DNA of 64,000 bases from Hypanus sabinus (taxonomy: Eukaryota). The notes beneath the pieces are model-generated. The model was given only the letters and a program-made list of their open reading frames with translations. It did no database searches and was not told the origin of the DNA. Numbering within the stretch: the stretch's first letter is position 1; every line of letters begins with the position of its first letter. The position numbers and the translations under genes were made by a program. This document shows, in pieces, positions 25,700-38,070 of the stretch. The stretch lies in contig NC_082721.1 of the NCBI RefSeq assembly GCF_030144855.1, positions 20,336,001-20,400,000 on the forward strand. The letters run 5' to 3'.

Positions 25700-26190
25700 A
25701 GATTCCCTTTTTTTGCAGGCACTTACTTGGAAAATGAAGAATTTATGAAAAACTCTGCATAAACAAGACTGACAAATAACCAATGTGAAAAGGAAGACAA
25801 ATTGAGTAAATTTAAAAAAAAATACTGAGATAATGAAAGTGAGTCTGGTTGTAGAATCAGTTCAGAGTTGTGGTGAGTGAAGCTAACTTAGTCTTTTCAG
25901 GAGCCTGATGGTAATAAGGTAATAGATGTTCCCGAATTTGTTAGTGTGGGACCTGAGGCTTCAGTACCTTCTGCCCGATGGTAGTGTAAGAAGGCGGCAT
26001 GGGATGGCCCGAATAGTGGGAGTCCTTGATGATGGATGCTGCTTTCTTGTGGAAGTGCTTCATGGAAATGTGCTCAATATTTTGCCTGTGATGGACTGGG
26101 CTGTATCCACCATTTTCCGTAGACTCCTCTGTTCTTCAGCACTGGTGTTTCCATTCCAGGCCGTAATGCAACTAGTTAGGATTACCTCAT
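25700..26190 (-). mobile_element. Rex1-like 3' fragment
   Basis: Reverse complement homology to 23200-23500 (catcatcaaggactccc, ctaccatcgggcagaaggtac). Confidence 0.65.
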
Positions 26191-26242
26191 AAGAATCAGT
26201 TATGCGTTTGCTCCACTGCTTCCCTCAACCTTCTTATGCAGG

Positions 26243-26392
26243 CTGTCTCTCCCTCATCTCTCAGTCCAGATGAAGGGTCTCATCCCAAAATCTCAACACG
26301 TCCATTTCCCTCCACAGGTGCTGTCTAACCTACTGAATTTCTCCACCGTCTTGTGTGTTGGTCCAGATTCCACCATCTGCAGTCTCTTGAGT
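26243..26392 (+). mobile_element. Penelope terminal fragment with a decayed hammerhead
   Basis: cagtccagatgaagggtctc...ccaccatctgcagtctc. Confidence 0.65.
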
Positions 26393-26829
26393 TTGCAAAT
26401 GCTTGTTGCTATGCAAAGGAGTGGTATAAAGAACACTTGTCCAAAAACTGCACAGTGTTAATATTTTGATTTTAAATTATTTTTGCGTAACTATTCTGTC
26501 AAATCAGTTGCTGATTAGATTGCATCTGGAAAAAAGGTATTTAGTTTTAGTCTCCATGCTAGGTAAATGATACAATAAATTATGAAGAGACTTAGCAGAG
26601 AATCACAATGATGATTGCAGATTTAAGAAACCTCTACTTAACTGATGAACAGACAAAATAGGAGTAAACCACTTGGTCCTGGATCCAGCTCCTTTACTGA
26701 ACAAAATCATGGGCAGTTTGATAATAACTCTGCATTCCTATCTTCTTTCTGGTTCACATTTTTACTGCTGTGCTGTAAGTATTTCACTTTAGCAGTTCTG
26801 CAAGAGCTGTCTGTTCCGCTTTCAGCCTG

Positions 26830-27352
26830 AACTGTCATTGTTGAAGATAAGGGATGCCGAGGAATGTGTGTCATCAAATTGGGATGACGGAGCTGGGAGG
26901 CTTTGTGAAGGACATTAAGGATAGTCTTGGGTCCATTGTTTGGCGGGAGATGAAAAGAGAAGAGAACTGGTTGTAGGATTCAACCCGTTGGGGGACTGTG
27001 TTTCGATGGAGCAAGGTACTGGAGTCTACCAAGGATCAGTGAATACGTGTGACTTCTGAAAGAGTTGAGCTCCAACCTGTGCACATTTGACTGTTTAAGT
27101 TGACTTGACTTGACTTTTTGTTTTTTTCTTTCTTTACTAACCCTTCAGCTGAGATTCATAAATATAATTCATTTAACCGTATGTAACACACTGTCTGTTA
27201 TTTCTTGGCACTGAGTTGCAACAGGGTAGCAAATTACACAGCATCCACATAAATCAGGGTTTGGGGTGGGGTGTCAATTGCACTGGTTTGGCGGAACCGG
27301 AGTGTGTATTCCTTAGACTTACCCAGCCAAGGAAACCTGCGGGGTTTCATCA
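26830..27352 (+). mobile_element. Possible LTR fragment (a different family)
   Basis: Ends in ggggtttcatCA with an LTR-like organisation; no TSD found. Confidence 0.3.
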
Positions 27353-27374
27353 GTAAATGTGAATGGGCGATATA

Positions 27375-27690
27375 GGGTTGCATTGGCTAGCGCAATGTTA
27401 TTGCAAGGTTGGGGTTGGGGTTCATTTCCCACTCTTGTCTATAAGGTGTCTGTTCCTTCTCCCTGTGACTGCATGGTTTTCCTCTGGGAGCTCCGGGTTT
27501 CCTCTCACACTCCGAAGAAGTACAGTTAGGGTTATAAGTTATGGGTGTGCGATGTTGGCACTGGAAGCTTGGTGATACTTACAACCTGCCCAGCTCAATC
27601 CTCGTTGAATTGACTTGATGCATACGACACATTCCATTGTACATTTCAAAGTACATGTGACAAATAAGGCTCATCTTTATCTTTAATCTT
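27375..27690 (+). mobile_element. tRNA-derived SINE
   Basis: ttctccctgtgactgcatggttttcctctggg core; gtgacaaataaggctcatcttt tail. Confidence 0.65.
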
Positions 27691-28321
27691 TCATCCACTT
27701 GCCCATCAAGAAACTTCTGTATTAGAATAGTCAAGGATTCTGTTTTCACTGTCCTTTGAGGAAGAAAGTCCCAAAATCACATATTCCTCAGAAAAAAAGT
27801 AGCAACTCACCACTGTACAAAATGCTGTCTCTTATTTTTAAACTGAAATCCTCGATTTTAGATTCTCCCACTTCCCTTGTTGTTAAGACCCTTCAAGATC
27901 TTAAGCCGCGCCATAGCAGAGATCCAAAGACTTGACCGAAAACAAGAAAATAATGGGAGGCCAGACAGAAATACTTTAAATATATGAGAAGAGGCAGATT
28001 TTACATCAAATTAACAAGACAGGAACTAACTATTTAATCCAACTGATCCATTCCACTGTTCCTGCTTCACCAAAAGATCCCCTGCTCCTCCGTAACCAAC
28101 CTCATCAGTACAATCTGCTACTCCTTTCTCCCACTGTTGGGAAAACTCACCAGGTCAGTCAGTATCTATAGAGAGGAGAATGGGGTTAACTTTTCAGTGC
28201 ATTAGTTTTTCATTGATGGAAGGTCATCAGTGGGAAACCTGTTTTTCCCTCTATAGATCCTGCTGAATAGTTGTGGCATTTTCTACCTCATTTCAGATTT
28301 CTAGCTGGAATTTTAAGCATC

Positions 28322-28820
28322 TCACAAGAAATGCTGGAGGAACTCAGCAGGTCAGGCAGCATCTATGGAAATGAATAAACAGTTGATGTTTTGGGATGAG
28401 AGCCTTCTTCAAGACTAGAAAAGAAGGGGGAAGATGAAAATAAAAAAGTGAAGGCAGCGAGGGAGAAGGAGATAGCTGAAACCAGGTGGGTGGGAAAGGA
28501 AAGGGGCTGGAGAGGAAGGAATCTGATAGGAGAGGGGAGTGGACCATAGGAGAAAGGGAAGGAGGTGGGGACCCAGGGGGAGGTGATAGGCAAGTGAGAA
28601 GAGGTAAGAGGCCAGAGTGTGGAATAGAAGAGGGGAAAGGGAGGTAATTTTTTTTACCAAAAGGAGAAATCAATATTCATGCCATGAGGTTGGAGGCGAC
28701 CCAGACAGAATATAAGGTGTTGTTCCTCCACCCTGAGAGTAGTGTACCCTTGGCACAAGAAGAGGCTGTGGGCCGACATGTCAGAATGGGAATGGGAATT
28801 TTGAATTAAAATGTTTGCAA
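28322..28820 (-). mobile_element. Penelope-like element 3' portion
   Basis: ORF 28654-28851 SHSHSDMS...LRVEEQHLIFCLGRLQPHGMNIDFS is a GIY-YIG C-terminus; terminal repeat follows. Confidence 0.85.
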
Positions 28821-30884
28821 ATTTTGCTTTTGGATACAATCCCCATACCAATACTTACCTTTTCCTGGAAGAAGCACCTACATATAAGGCAATGCCTTCT
28901 TTCAAGCATCTTCTGTTCCTCAGTGAGAACATGTTACATAACTGCCATTCCTAGATTAACATTTGACCCTTGATCAATTGCCATATTCAAGAAAAAATGA
29001 CATCTTTTGACCTTCCTCTGCATGTGAGCATGTTTCCTAACTTTTCTCTTGACAGGCCTGGATCCAGTTTTAATACAGTGCCTCAGGTCCTGTACACTCT
29101 AACTAGTTGGAATAGTTTCTCTGCTGTTCCTTGAAAACTTTAATTAAAATACCCCTTGAGCTTAAATATGTACATGGCCCTAATTTGTGAGTCCTTTCCA
29201 TGTAATTTGATTTTCAGGAATCCTGCTGCTAAATCTACACCAAAGGCCAATATTTCTTTCCTAAAGACCATTGACCAGAACTGCTTGCTGTGTTCCAGAG
29301 CCTAGGGTGGGCTTTGATGATAGGTCATTCCAATTTGCCAGATTGTGGAGAATTGAGAAACATAAGTTAAAAGCAGGTAAGTGTAGAAACAGACAAGATA
29401 GTACGATGCAGATTTTGTAAGGTCCTGGAGTGTATCACTGGTATGGTAGTAACTGTCTCCAAGAAGGAGTTCCCTACTGTGAAAAAAATTGCATCATAAG
29501 AGAGGTATAAGACCTAATTGTTAATATGGAGCCAGGCTATTTATTAGACTGGTTCAATCATCCAAAAGGGGAAAAAATAAATTTGCAACAATAACTTCTT
29601 TGCATTACTTATGGGATTTTTTAAGTGACCTTGTGAATGGATATGCACTACCTGAAAGAATGGCAGAAAGGGATTTAATAAATCATTATAAGGGCATTGA
29701 AGAGTTAAAACGGATGAACCGGAGGGATGAACCTATTGGGCAGCTCCTGCAAAAAGCCAACAGGGACATAATCGCTTGAATGATCCCATCTGTGCTGTAC
29801 GATTTGGCATTCTTTTCCGTGAATTTGGAAACTTTCATAGGCCCCACACTCTAGCGCTTCACTGGAGTAACAGTGCGATAGTTTTCTGAATAAATAACTG
29901 CCTTCAGAATCTTCTGTGTGTGCCAGGGAACCCAGTGGAATATTCCAACTTTGAATTCCTGTTAAAATGAGTTCTGCACTAATAATTATTACAATTAGAA
30001 ACAGGTTAAACATTCCCAAAGGGAAAATGAATGACGGGGCTTGTTACTGCAGAGTGTCCGCAAGGCAGCCTACAAGGTGGAATCCTGTGTTTAAGCTGAC
30101 ATATGTCAATGTGACCTGGAAGTAGTGCATAACCTTTAATTGGCCAGTTAGCCAAAACATTTCTGGCATGTTAAATATTCATGTTGGGGCTAGATTAATC
30201 TGTTAATTAATTAATTAACTGCCCAGGGGTGGGGGCGCACATATGTCTCTGTTCTTCAATTTCATCACAGTTCAGGGTGTGGTACTTGAACTATAGGAGT
30301 AGGGTTAGGGGTTCAGAAAGACAAATAGACTTAGAGGAGTCAATATTCCAAACTGGCATAAAGCAACAGTTCATTGTGAGGACTTGAAATTCTTTTGTTT
30401 GTTAGTTTTGGGTTGTGTTGGGAGTGTTTGCTTATTTTTATTTGAGTTCAACAAATAGCATATTTATAATAATTATAAACATTTGGGTTTTAATAAGTGC
30501 AGTTCTGTTAAAATAACAAATTGAGTTATGAACTACTACGAAATGTTTGGGCGTGTATTCTACAAAGTACATCATGTAGTTGTTTTGTGGGTTATAAAAT
30601 GCTCACCAAGATTTTGGAGGAATAGCTCTTTTTAAGAGACTTTGGGTTTTTTTAAATGGTTAAAGGATTTGCCATTCAGGTTTACATTTCATTCAAACAC
30701 ACTGTGGGGGTGGTGGGGAGGGGTGGTCAAAGTAAACTGACTTTGCCATCTTCATGAAGTGGCCTTAGCACAGAAAGTAAGTTTGTCAGTCATAATGCTT
30801 CTGTAGTTTTCTTTAATGGTTAGCTGCCAGCTACATGGATCAATCAATGTTCAAAGTAAATTTAACATCGGAGTATGTATGCCA

Positions 30885-31135
30885 GATTCCTTCCTCTCCA
30901 GCTCTGAATCTTTCCTACCCACTTGGCTTCACCTATCACCTTCTAGCTATCCTCCTTCCGGCCTACCCACCTTTTTATTCTAGTCTCTTCCCCCTTCCTT
31001 TCCAGTTCTGAAGAAGTGTCCCAGCCTAAAACATCAGCTGTTCATTTATTTCCATAGATGCTGCCTGACCTGCTGGGCTCCTCCAGCATTTTGTGTATGT
31101 GGCTTTGGATCTCCGGCATCTGCAGATTTTCTTGT
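30885..31135 (+). mobile_element. Penelope terminal repeat
   Basis: Pyrimidine tract, ccagttctgaagaag, and gatgctgcctgacctgctg...catctgcagattt. Confidence 0.75.
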
Positions 31136-32069
31136 GCATACCACATACAGCCTTGGATTAATTTTCTAGCAGGCACTCACAAGGAAATAAAGAAATACAG
31201 TAGAATCCATGAAAAGCCAAATGCAACGAAGACCAAGAAAACATCCAATGCGCAAAAGAGGACAAATTTTGCAAATAATAAAAAAGTAAATAATTAATAC
31301 TGAGGACATAAGCTTCAGAGTCCACAAATAGTGAAAACTGTTCCCAAAGTTTCTGCTGGGTGATACAAACTCAGACTCAACAACCTTTAGCAACATTTTT
31401 ATTTTCTTTCCCACAAGTGGACACACCATTTGGTTTCTTGTCCTAATTTCTGCCTGCAGCTTTACTCTTCTGGGCTTTTCACTGCTGTAATGGTCCTGAA
31501 TATTACATCCAGTGGACAGCTGGGCTCAGTTAATAGTCCATACACAATTTATGGTGCAGATCTGAATGGGCATGATGTCAGAATAGAACCCAGTGAAAGA
31601 AAAATAATGAATTCTGCAAGTAAATGATGAAGAGTTTGTTTTCCTAAAGTTATAACCTATTTTTCAATACATACCTTAATCATGTTGTGCTCATAGGCCA
31701 TTTCACTGATGAAGACCATGTGACCTACAACATCGGCTCTTTATTCCTTTCCATAAATGATGCCTGATCTGCGGAGATCTCCCAGCATTTTGTGTGCGTT
31801 GCTCTGCCCACGTGACTGCCTTTTATTTTCTTCTTGCTGTTCTACTCTTCTGAAGACAACTCCCCTTCATTCTTTATTGGGTCCCGGTTAACCTCTGGCG
31901 ATGGACTATCCTTAGTGTAAAGGGCCAGCGGTTGTCAGCTGCAGCTTAGGTGCTGGCATTCATGCCCATAAGTTGTAATGGCATCTGATCCACTGTCTGC
32001 AAAGCCCTAAACTCAAAAGGAGATTTGAAGCCTTTTCCAATATAGATATCTTCAGGTACCCTCACCATA

Positions 32070-32240
32070 GGGAGGTCATTGGGTATATTTAATGCAGAGG
32101 TTGATAGACTCTTGATTAGTCAGGGCATGAAGGGGTACAGGGAGAAGCCAGGAACAGGAAAATGGATCAGCCATGATGAAATGGCAGAGCAGTCTCGATG
32201 GGCTAAATGGCTGAATCCTGCTCCTATATCTTATGGTTTT
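32070..32240 (+). mobile_element. CR1 3' tail
   Basis: gatcagccatgatgaaatggcagagcag...gctcctatatcttatgg. Confidence 0.7.
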
Positions 32241-32349
32241 ATATAGTATCCACTCTTCAAGGACTAGCTTACTTTCCTATCTAATCTCTATTGTGAAGTC
32301 TAGCTGCCAATAACCCCCACTGCGTGGTAGGGCCTCCTCCCTACTAAGG

Positions 32350-32624
32350 AGGAGATACTTCCAACTTACGCAGTAGTTTAAACTTAATTTATTTTTTATT
32401 AATATAACAAGAAGAAAGCCCTTAACTCTGAGTGGAGTCATTGGGACGCCATCGTGACGACGTTTTTTGTTTAGCAGGCCTTCTTATTCTTACGAGGCCG
32501 AGTTGCTAGCTTGACGCTCAACCCAGCAGAGGTGGAAAGCATGCAAGGGAGGGAGCCAGCTGGATTCGAACTCGGGAGCCTTCGCTCCGAAGTCCGGCGT
32601 TAATGCCACTACACCACCAGCCGG
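32350..32624 (-). mobile_element. tRNA-derived SINE with intact Pol III boxes
   Basis: Reverse complement: A box TGGTGTAGTGG, B box GAGTTCGAATCC; body shared with 47041-47185. Confidence 0.75.
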
Positions 32625-32828
32625 TTTTTTTATTAATGGTACATGTTTAAATTTAGACAAATAGTTCTTGATCACATTTAATACTTACAGAACTGAAGAC
32701 TTTTTTTATTTACAATAAGTAGCTGAGCAAGAAGTATTTTTTTGATGTTTAACTTTGTTGCTAAGAACTCTGGCCCATCAGAAAGGTCATGCTGCTGCAC
32801 TAGAAAGCTGAGGTTAGCAGTAAGCCTT

Positions 32829-33850
32829 AAACACAAGAGATTCTGCAGATGCTGGAAACCTAGAGCAACACACACAAAATGGTGAAGGAACTCAGCGAGT
32901 CAAGCAGGATCTATAGAAATGAATAAACAGTCGACGTTTCAGGTTGAGACCCTTCATCAGGACTGGAAAGGAAGGGGGAAGATGCCAGAATAAAAAGGTG
33001 GGGGGAGAGGAAGGAGGACTATCTAGAAGGTGATAGGTGAAGTCAGATGGGTGGGAAAGTTAAAGGGTGGAGAAGAAGGAATCTCACAGGAGAGGAGGGT
33101 GGACCATGGGAGAAAGGGAAGAAGGAGTGGCATCAGGCGAGGAGATAGGCAGGTGAGGAGAAGAGGTAGGAGATCAGAGCTGGGAATAGACAAGAAAGGG
33201 ATAGAAGAAGAAGAAAATACAGGAAGGAGAAATCCATGGTTACAACAGCAAAGTGGAGGCCATCCAGAGGGTGAGATGTTGCTCCTGAGAGTAACCTTGT
33301 CTTGGCAAATAAGGAGTCCATGGACCGACATGTTGTAATAGGAATTAAAATGTTGGCCACTGGGAAAATTCTGCTTTTGGTGAATGGAGCAGAGGTGCTG
33401 AGCAAAAGCAATTCCCCAATTTACTTCCGGACCCACCAATGTAGTGGAGGCCACTGCACTAAGATGACTAGATGCAGTAGACGACTCCCCAACAGATCTG
33501 CAGGCGAGGCGCCGCCTCACCTGGAAGGGTTGTTTGGGGCCCTGAATGGAGATAAGGGAGGAGGTGAACGGGCAAGTGTCTTGTCACTTGCAGGGATATG
33601 TGCAAAGAGGAAGATTGTTAGGGAGGGGAATCATGGAAGGAGCAGTTTCTGTGGAAGGTAGAGAGCGGGAGGAGATAAAGATGTGTTTGGTGGTAGGGAT
33701 ACCATTGAAGATGGTGGAATTTGTGGAGAATGGTGTGTTTGATGCAGAGGTTCATAGGGTGGTAGATGAGGATGTATTCACTCTTAAGGTGAGGGAAGAT
33801 GGGGTGAGTGTGGATATCCAAAAAATGGAAGATGCAGGTGTGGGCAGCAT
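32829..33850 (-). mobile_element. Penelope-like retroelement 3' kilobase (GIY-YIG pseudo-ORF plus terminal repeat)
   Basis: Frameshifted IQGPKQPFQVRR...VVYCI...LHYIG...FAQHL...HFNS...MSVHGLL. Confidence 0.9.
32928..32965 (-). ncRNA. Minimal type I hammerhead ribozyme (PLE-associated)
   Basis: Reverse complement CAGUC-CUGAUGA-A-GGGU-CUCA-ACCU-GAAAC-GUC^GACUG. Stem I is CAGUC/GACUG, stem II is GGGU/ACCU, and the core residues are intact. Confidence 0.8.
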
Positions 33851-34709
33851 CAATGGCTTAAGCTCCTCAGGCCTGGAAAGTAATATCCAGGTTGTGGGTT
33901 TAAACCCCACCTCAACATAAAATCAACTGGGTTGGTAAACCAAAAGCCCTGCCTGTTTTCGCAGTCCTGATTGCATTATATCAAAAAGAAATGGAATGAG
34001 TTCTGTGATAAAAATTTAAGCTCCACTAAAACAATTCAATTGCACACGTTGTTTGTATGAACTTGCCATGAGCAAGTTTTCCTGCTGTGATTCCTACATT
34101 AAAACAGTGAGTGCACTTTAAAAAGCCCTTTATTTGTCGAAAAAAGACGTTTGTGGGCATGCTGGGGATATGCGAGGCACTAAATAAATGCAAGACTTTC
34201 TTACAGAGCAGCTGGCCCAGACTGTGAAGCCCATATCCCTGGCATGAATAAAAAAATAAATAGCATTGGCCAATGGAGAATCAGAAAACCTTAAAAAGCT
34301 GAAAGAGAAGAAATCTTAAAATTAAGGTTTTTTCCTCTGACAGAATATATTGCCAATTTATGTCAGGAAGCAACATATCCTTGGGGGTGGGTGTATTACT
34401 GATACTGAAAGAAAACTATTAATGGGTCACGACAAAGAACAATGACTTGCTTCAGTGGTAGCATTCCACCTGGGTTAATCCTTTATAGGTTAAAGCACTA
34501 TCAGGCAGATGGAGGGGTAGATTTGTAACAAGAGGACCGTCGTGGCATATTTATAGAATGAGGGAAAATGTTCTGTTCCAAGGGGAAGAGTGAGATCCTT
34601 CTCCAATGGAAAGGGCAAAGAATGGCTACAAAGGACATACTGATGTGTATTTAGAAATGATGGTCGATTTGTTATGATTGTCAGGGATCATTCTGGAGTT
34701 GTGACATTT

Positions 34710-35025
34710 TAGAAAACCTGCAGCACAATACAGGCCCTTCGGCCCTCAAAGCTGTGCCGAACATGTTCTTACCTTAGAACTACCTAGGCTTACCCATAAC
34801 CCTCTATTTTTCTAAGCTCTATGTATCCCTCCAGGAGTCTCTTAAAAGACCCTATTATTTCCACCTCTACCACCGCTGCCGGCAGCCCATTCCACGCACA
34901 TACCACTCTCTGTGTAAAAAAACTTAACCCTGATATCTCCTCTGTACCTGTTTCCAAGCACCTTAAAACTATGCCCTCCTGTGCTAGCCATTTCAGCCCT
35001 GGGTAAAAGCTTCTGACTATCTTGG
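34710..35025 (-). mobile_element. CR1 3' end, same subfamily as 13299-15621
   Basis: Close reverse-complement match to 15290-15610. Confidence 0.9.
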
Positions 35026-35326
35026 TCAGCATAATCATGGATTAGCTGAAATGAGGACTAGTTTTCAAGGAATGAAACCTGTACACAATTTAACTCACAA
35101 CTTCATGGCTAGTAAAACCAACTACCAGGATATGGGACATTCGGATTCTGTCTCATTGAAATGACGCAAGGGAAAGACAATAGATGAATCCTGCCATAAT
35201 CACAATGTTAGATGTGCATCCCTGTAATTTAAGGCACAGTTCAGGGCAGATCTATTTTGTCACTTAAACTTCTAGTTATATACAATATTCATGGAGCCAT
35301 CCTTCAACACTGTAACAAAGTCATTT

Positions 35327-35430
35327 CACAAAGTACTCTGAAGACGCTGTGGTCAAATCAAGACATACAAAAAAGCTGGATGAACTCAGCCGCCCGACCG
35401 GCTGAGTTCATTCAGCTTTTTTGTATGTCT
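35327..35430. mobile_element. Short fold-back Penelope terminal element
   Basis: 14-bp TSD taacaaagtcattt (35313-35326, 35431-35444); 33-bp inverted arms. Confidence 0.85.
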
Positions 35431-35846
35431 TAACAAAGTCATTTACTTTGGGTGTCTGGAATTTGAACTGAAAGAGGCTTTTGGAACAGACATCAGTATT
35501 GAATATTCAAAGAGGTTCTGCTAGTTAGGATGTACTGCCATTGTAAATACTTAATTTTGTAAATTTACCTTAAATTAAACTTAAGTAGGTGATTATAGCA
35601 ATTGAAACTGTAGTTAATTGTTTACTGTTATCGTCGTGTTAAAGAAGCATAAAACATTGTGTCAGGAGAGTGAGATCCTCTTGGATTCTCCTGGACTCTT
35701 TAGCAAGAGGGTTGTGAATCTGTGGAATTCACTGCCACAACGGTCAAGTCATTGGGTATGCGGAGGTTGTTTAGTAAGGGTGTCAAAGGTTACGGGGAGA
35801 AGGGAGGAGAATGCGGTTGAGAGGGTCAATAAATCAGCCATGATGA

Positions 35847-36059
35847 CAAACACGAGGAAATCTGCAGGTGCTGGAAATCCAAGCGACACACACAAAATGC
35901 TGGAGGAACTCAGCAGGCCAGGCAGCATCAATGGGAAAAAGTACAGTTAATGTTTCAGGCCGAGACCCTTCGGCAGAGTCTTGGCCTGAAGCATTTGACT
36001 GTAGTTTTTTCCAAAGGTGCTGCCTGGCCTGCTGAGCTCCTCCAGCATTTTGTGTGTGT
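35847..36059. mobile_element. Fold-back Penelope terminal element inside a CR1 tail (~35700-36130)
   Basis: TSD agccatgatga/agtcatgatga (35836-35846, 36060-36070); inverted arms meet near 35975. Confidence 0.85.
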
Positions 36060-36272
36060 AGTCATGATGAAATGCTGGAGCAGACTCAATGGGCCAAATT
36101 CTGCTCCTATGTCTTCTGGTCTTATGGTGTTAAGGACTTTCTTTCTCCTGAAGGTTCGCTGTGTGCATATTCCCCAGTTAGTGCTCCTGTGTGGCTCAGT
36201 TTTAGTCAATAGGATTCATGTTCTGTAACAATATGAGAGTCATGTTTCTGTTAAAAGGGAACATTGAGGAAC

Positions 36273-36790
36273 AGAATCAGCATCATATATTTATTATTGC
36301 TGACTTACATGATGTGAAATTTGTTGTTTTGAGGCAGCAGTACAGTGCAAAGATATATATGTCTATAAATTACAAAAAAAAAGTGAGAAAAGGAACAACA
36401 AGGTAGTAATCATGGGTTTTGGACCTTTCAGAAATCTGACAGCAGATGGGAAGAAGAAGCTAAATCATTGAGCATAAGTATTCAAGCTCCAGTACCTCCT
36501 CACCAATGGCAATAATATTAAGAACGCTTGTCCCAGATGGTGAGAGCTTTTAATGATGGGTGTCACCATCTTGAAGCTCTGCTGCCTGAAGATGTCTTCA
36601 ATGGTGGGGAGGGTTCTGCTGTAATGGAGGCAGCCGAGTCTACAACTCTCTGTGAACCTGCGCATTGGAGCAAACAGTCAGAACGTTTTCCACCATACAT
36701 CCACAGGGATTTGTAAGAATCTTTGGAGACATACCAAATTTCCTCAAACTCTTAATGAAATAGATTCGTTGGTGTGCCTGGTGGGCCCAG
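36273..36790 (-). mobile_element. Rex1-like 3' fragment
   Basis: cagaatcag tail; reverse complement encodes LPTIEDIF and LLPL.RRY. Confidence 0.7.
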
Positions 36791-37003
36791 TTAAAAAAGG
36801 AGGGACAAGATTCCTTTGTATGGATTAAATTTATTAAAACAATGGAAGAAAGCTTATATTGAATTTAACTGTGCTGTACCTGATGTGGACATTCAGCACT
36901 CATACCGGGATGGCTTTTTATTCCAATCTCCTTAGTTTGACAAGCGCACAAAATGCCGCCTGAGTGGAAAGCAGCACTGTGCTTCCTCCGGTTTGACCCT
37001 TAC

Positions 37004-37560
37004 TCCTGGCGGCATGGTGCATACGAAAGGAGTGTGGAACCTGGTGGACCAGAGCAGTTGTCAGCAGCTCTGTCAGTGTCACTGCGTGTTGATCTGGCAG
37101 CAGGCTCGCTTGAGTTCTTCCTGCACCTGATACACAAAGCTACAGTGATCTGAGCGCCTGACTGGGAAGTGCTGGACTCCATCAACCATGCCTAGCTGTG
37201 TCTGACTGACAAGTGTGCCTGGGACTTCGAAGAGCAGCCTTCGCCTTCTGTGCTCTTCTTTGTGCTGCCGTTCCGGTTTTAACCCTTCAGCTTCTGTTCT
37301 GCTCGCCACAATGCCACTGACCAGCAATGTTTGCCAGCACCCCCTTCGTGCTTTCAAGGAATTCAAATGAAAACAATCCCCTCCCATGCTTTGAAAGCAT
37401 AAAGTGCAGCCAGTGCAAAGTCTCTGCGGGGAAAAATTGCGGTCTTATCCTCCTACTACCGGAGACGAAGGGGCCGAGTGTGCTGGGAAGTCTCTCAATA
37501 GGTTGGAATGGTGGAACACACTGGTGGAGGGGGGGGGTGGGGCGGGCGGCCGGCACATGA
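37004..37560 (-). promoter_or_regulatory. Candidate promoter and first exon of an unidentified minus-strand gene
   Basis: Non-repetitive, CpG-enriched segment; GC box at ~37539-37550; ACC-ATG-CCG-CCA-GGA|GTAAGG (ATG at 37015, donor at 37003). Confidence 0.3.
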
Positions 37561-37799
37561 GTGGCAATGGAGCTATGGATTACAAAAAGAAGGGCTAATG
37601 TAGCTGAATTTATCAACCAAATGACAAATGACTTTAAGAAAGTAAAAAGTTTTGCACTTTATTTTGGACTTATATTTTATTATGAAAAAAGTTTATTTTG
37701 TACTAGATGCATGAATTGGATATTCACCCTCTTAATCTAGATCTGCCAATTAATCAGATCATGGCTAATCCTGTGTTATGTTGGTTAATTTCAGGAATT

Positions 37800-38070
37800 C
37801 GGAATATAGACCGTAAAATGTACAACACAGAACACACAACACCTTATTGTGCTGACCTTTTGACCTACTGCACGATCAATCTAACCGTTCCTTCCTACAA
37901 GGTTCATAACCTTGTATTTTTCTTATAACTATTTGCTTATCTAAAAGTCTATTAAATTTCTTGAATGTATCTGCCTCAACCAGCACCAGTAAAAAAAAAC
38001 TACTTCGGACATCTCCTCTAAACTTTCCTCCACTCACCTTAAAGGGATGTCCTCTGGTGGCAGACAAAAA
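37800..38070 (-). mobile_element. CR1 3' fragment
   Basis: Reverse complement encodes TRGHPFKVSGGKFRGDVR. Confidence 0.7.

Noticed and set aside
28859-28950. Minus-strand perfect donor AAG|GTAAGT with a short open frame
   Set aside because: Weak acceptor, no homology and no phase-compatible chain with other candidates
32550-32624. tRNA-like sequences here and at ~47110-47185 and ~49670-49735
   Set aside because: They are SINE heads: incomplete cloverleaf, followed by SINE body and tail
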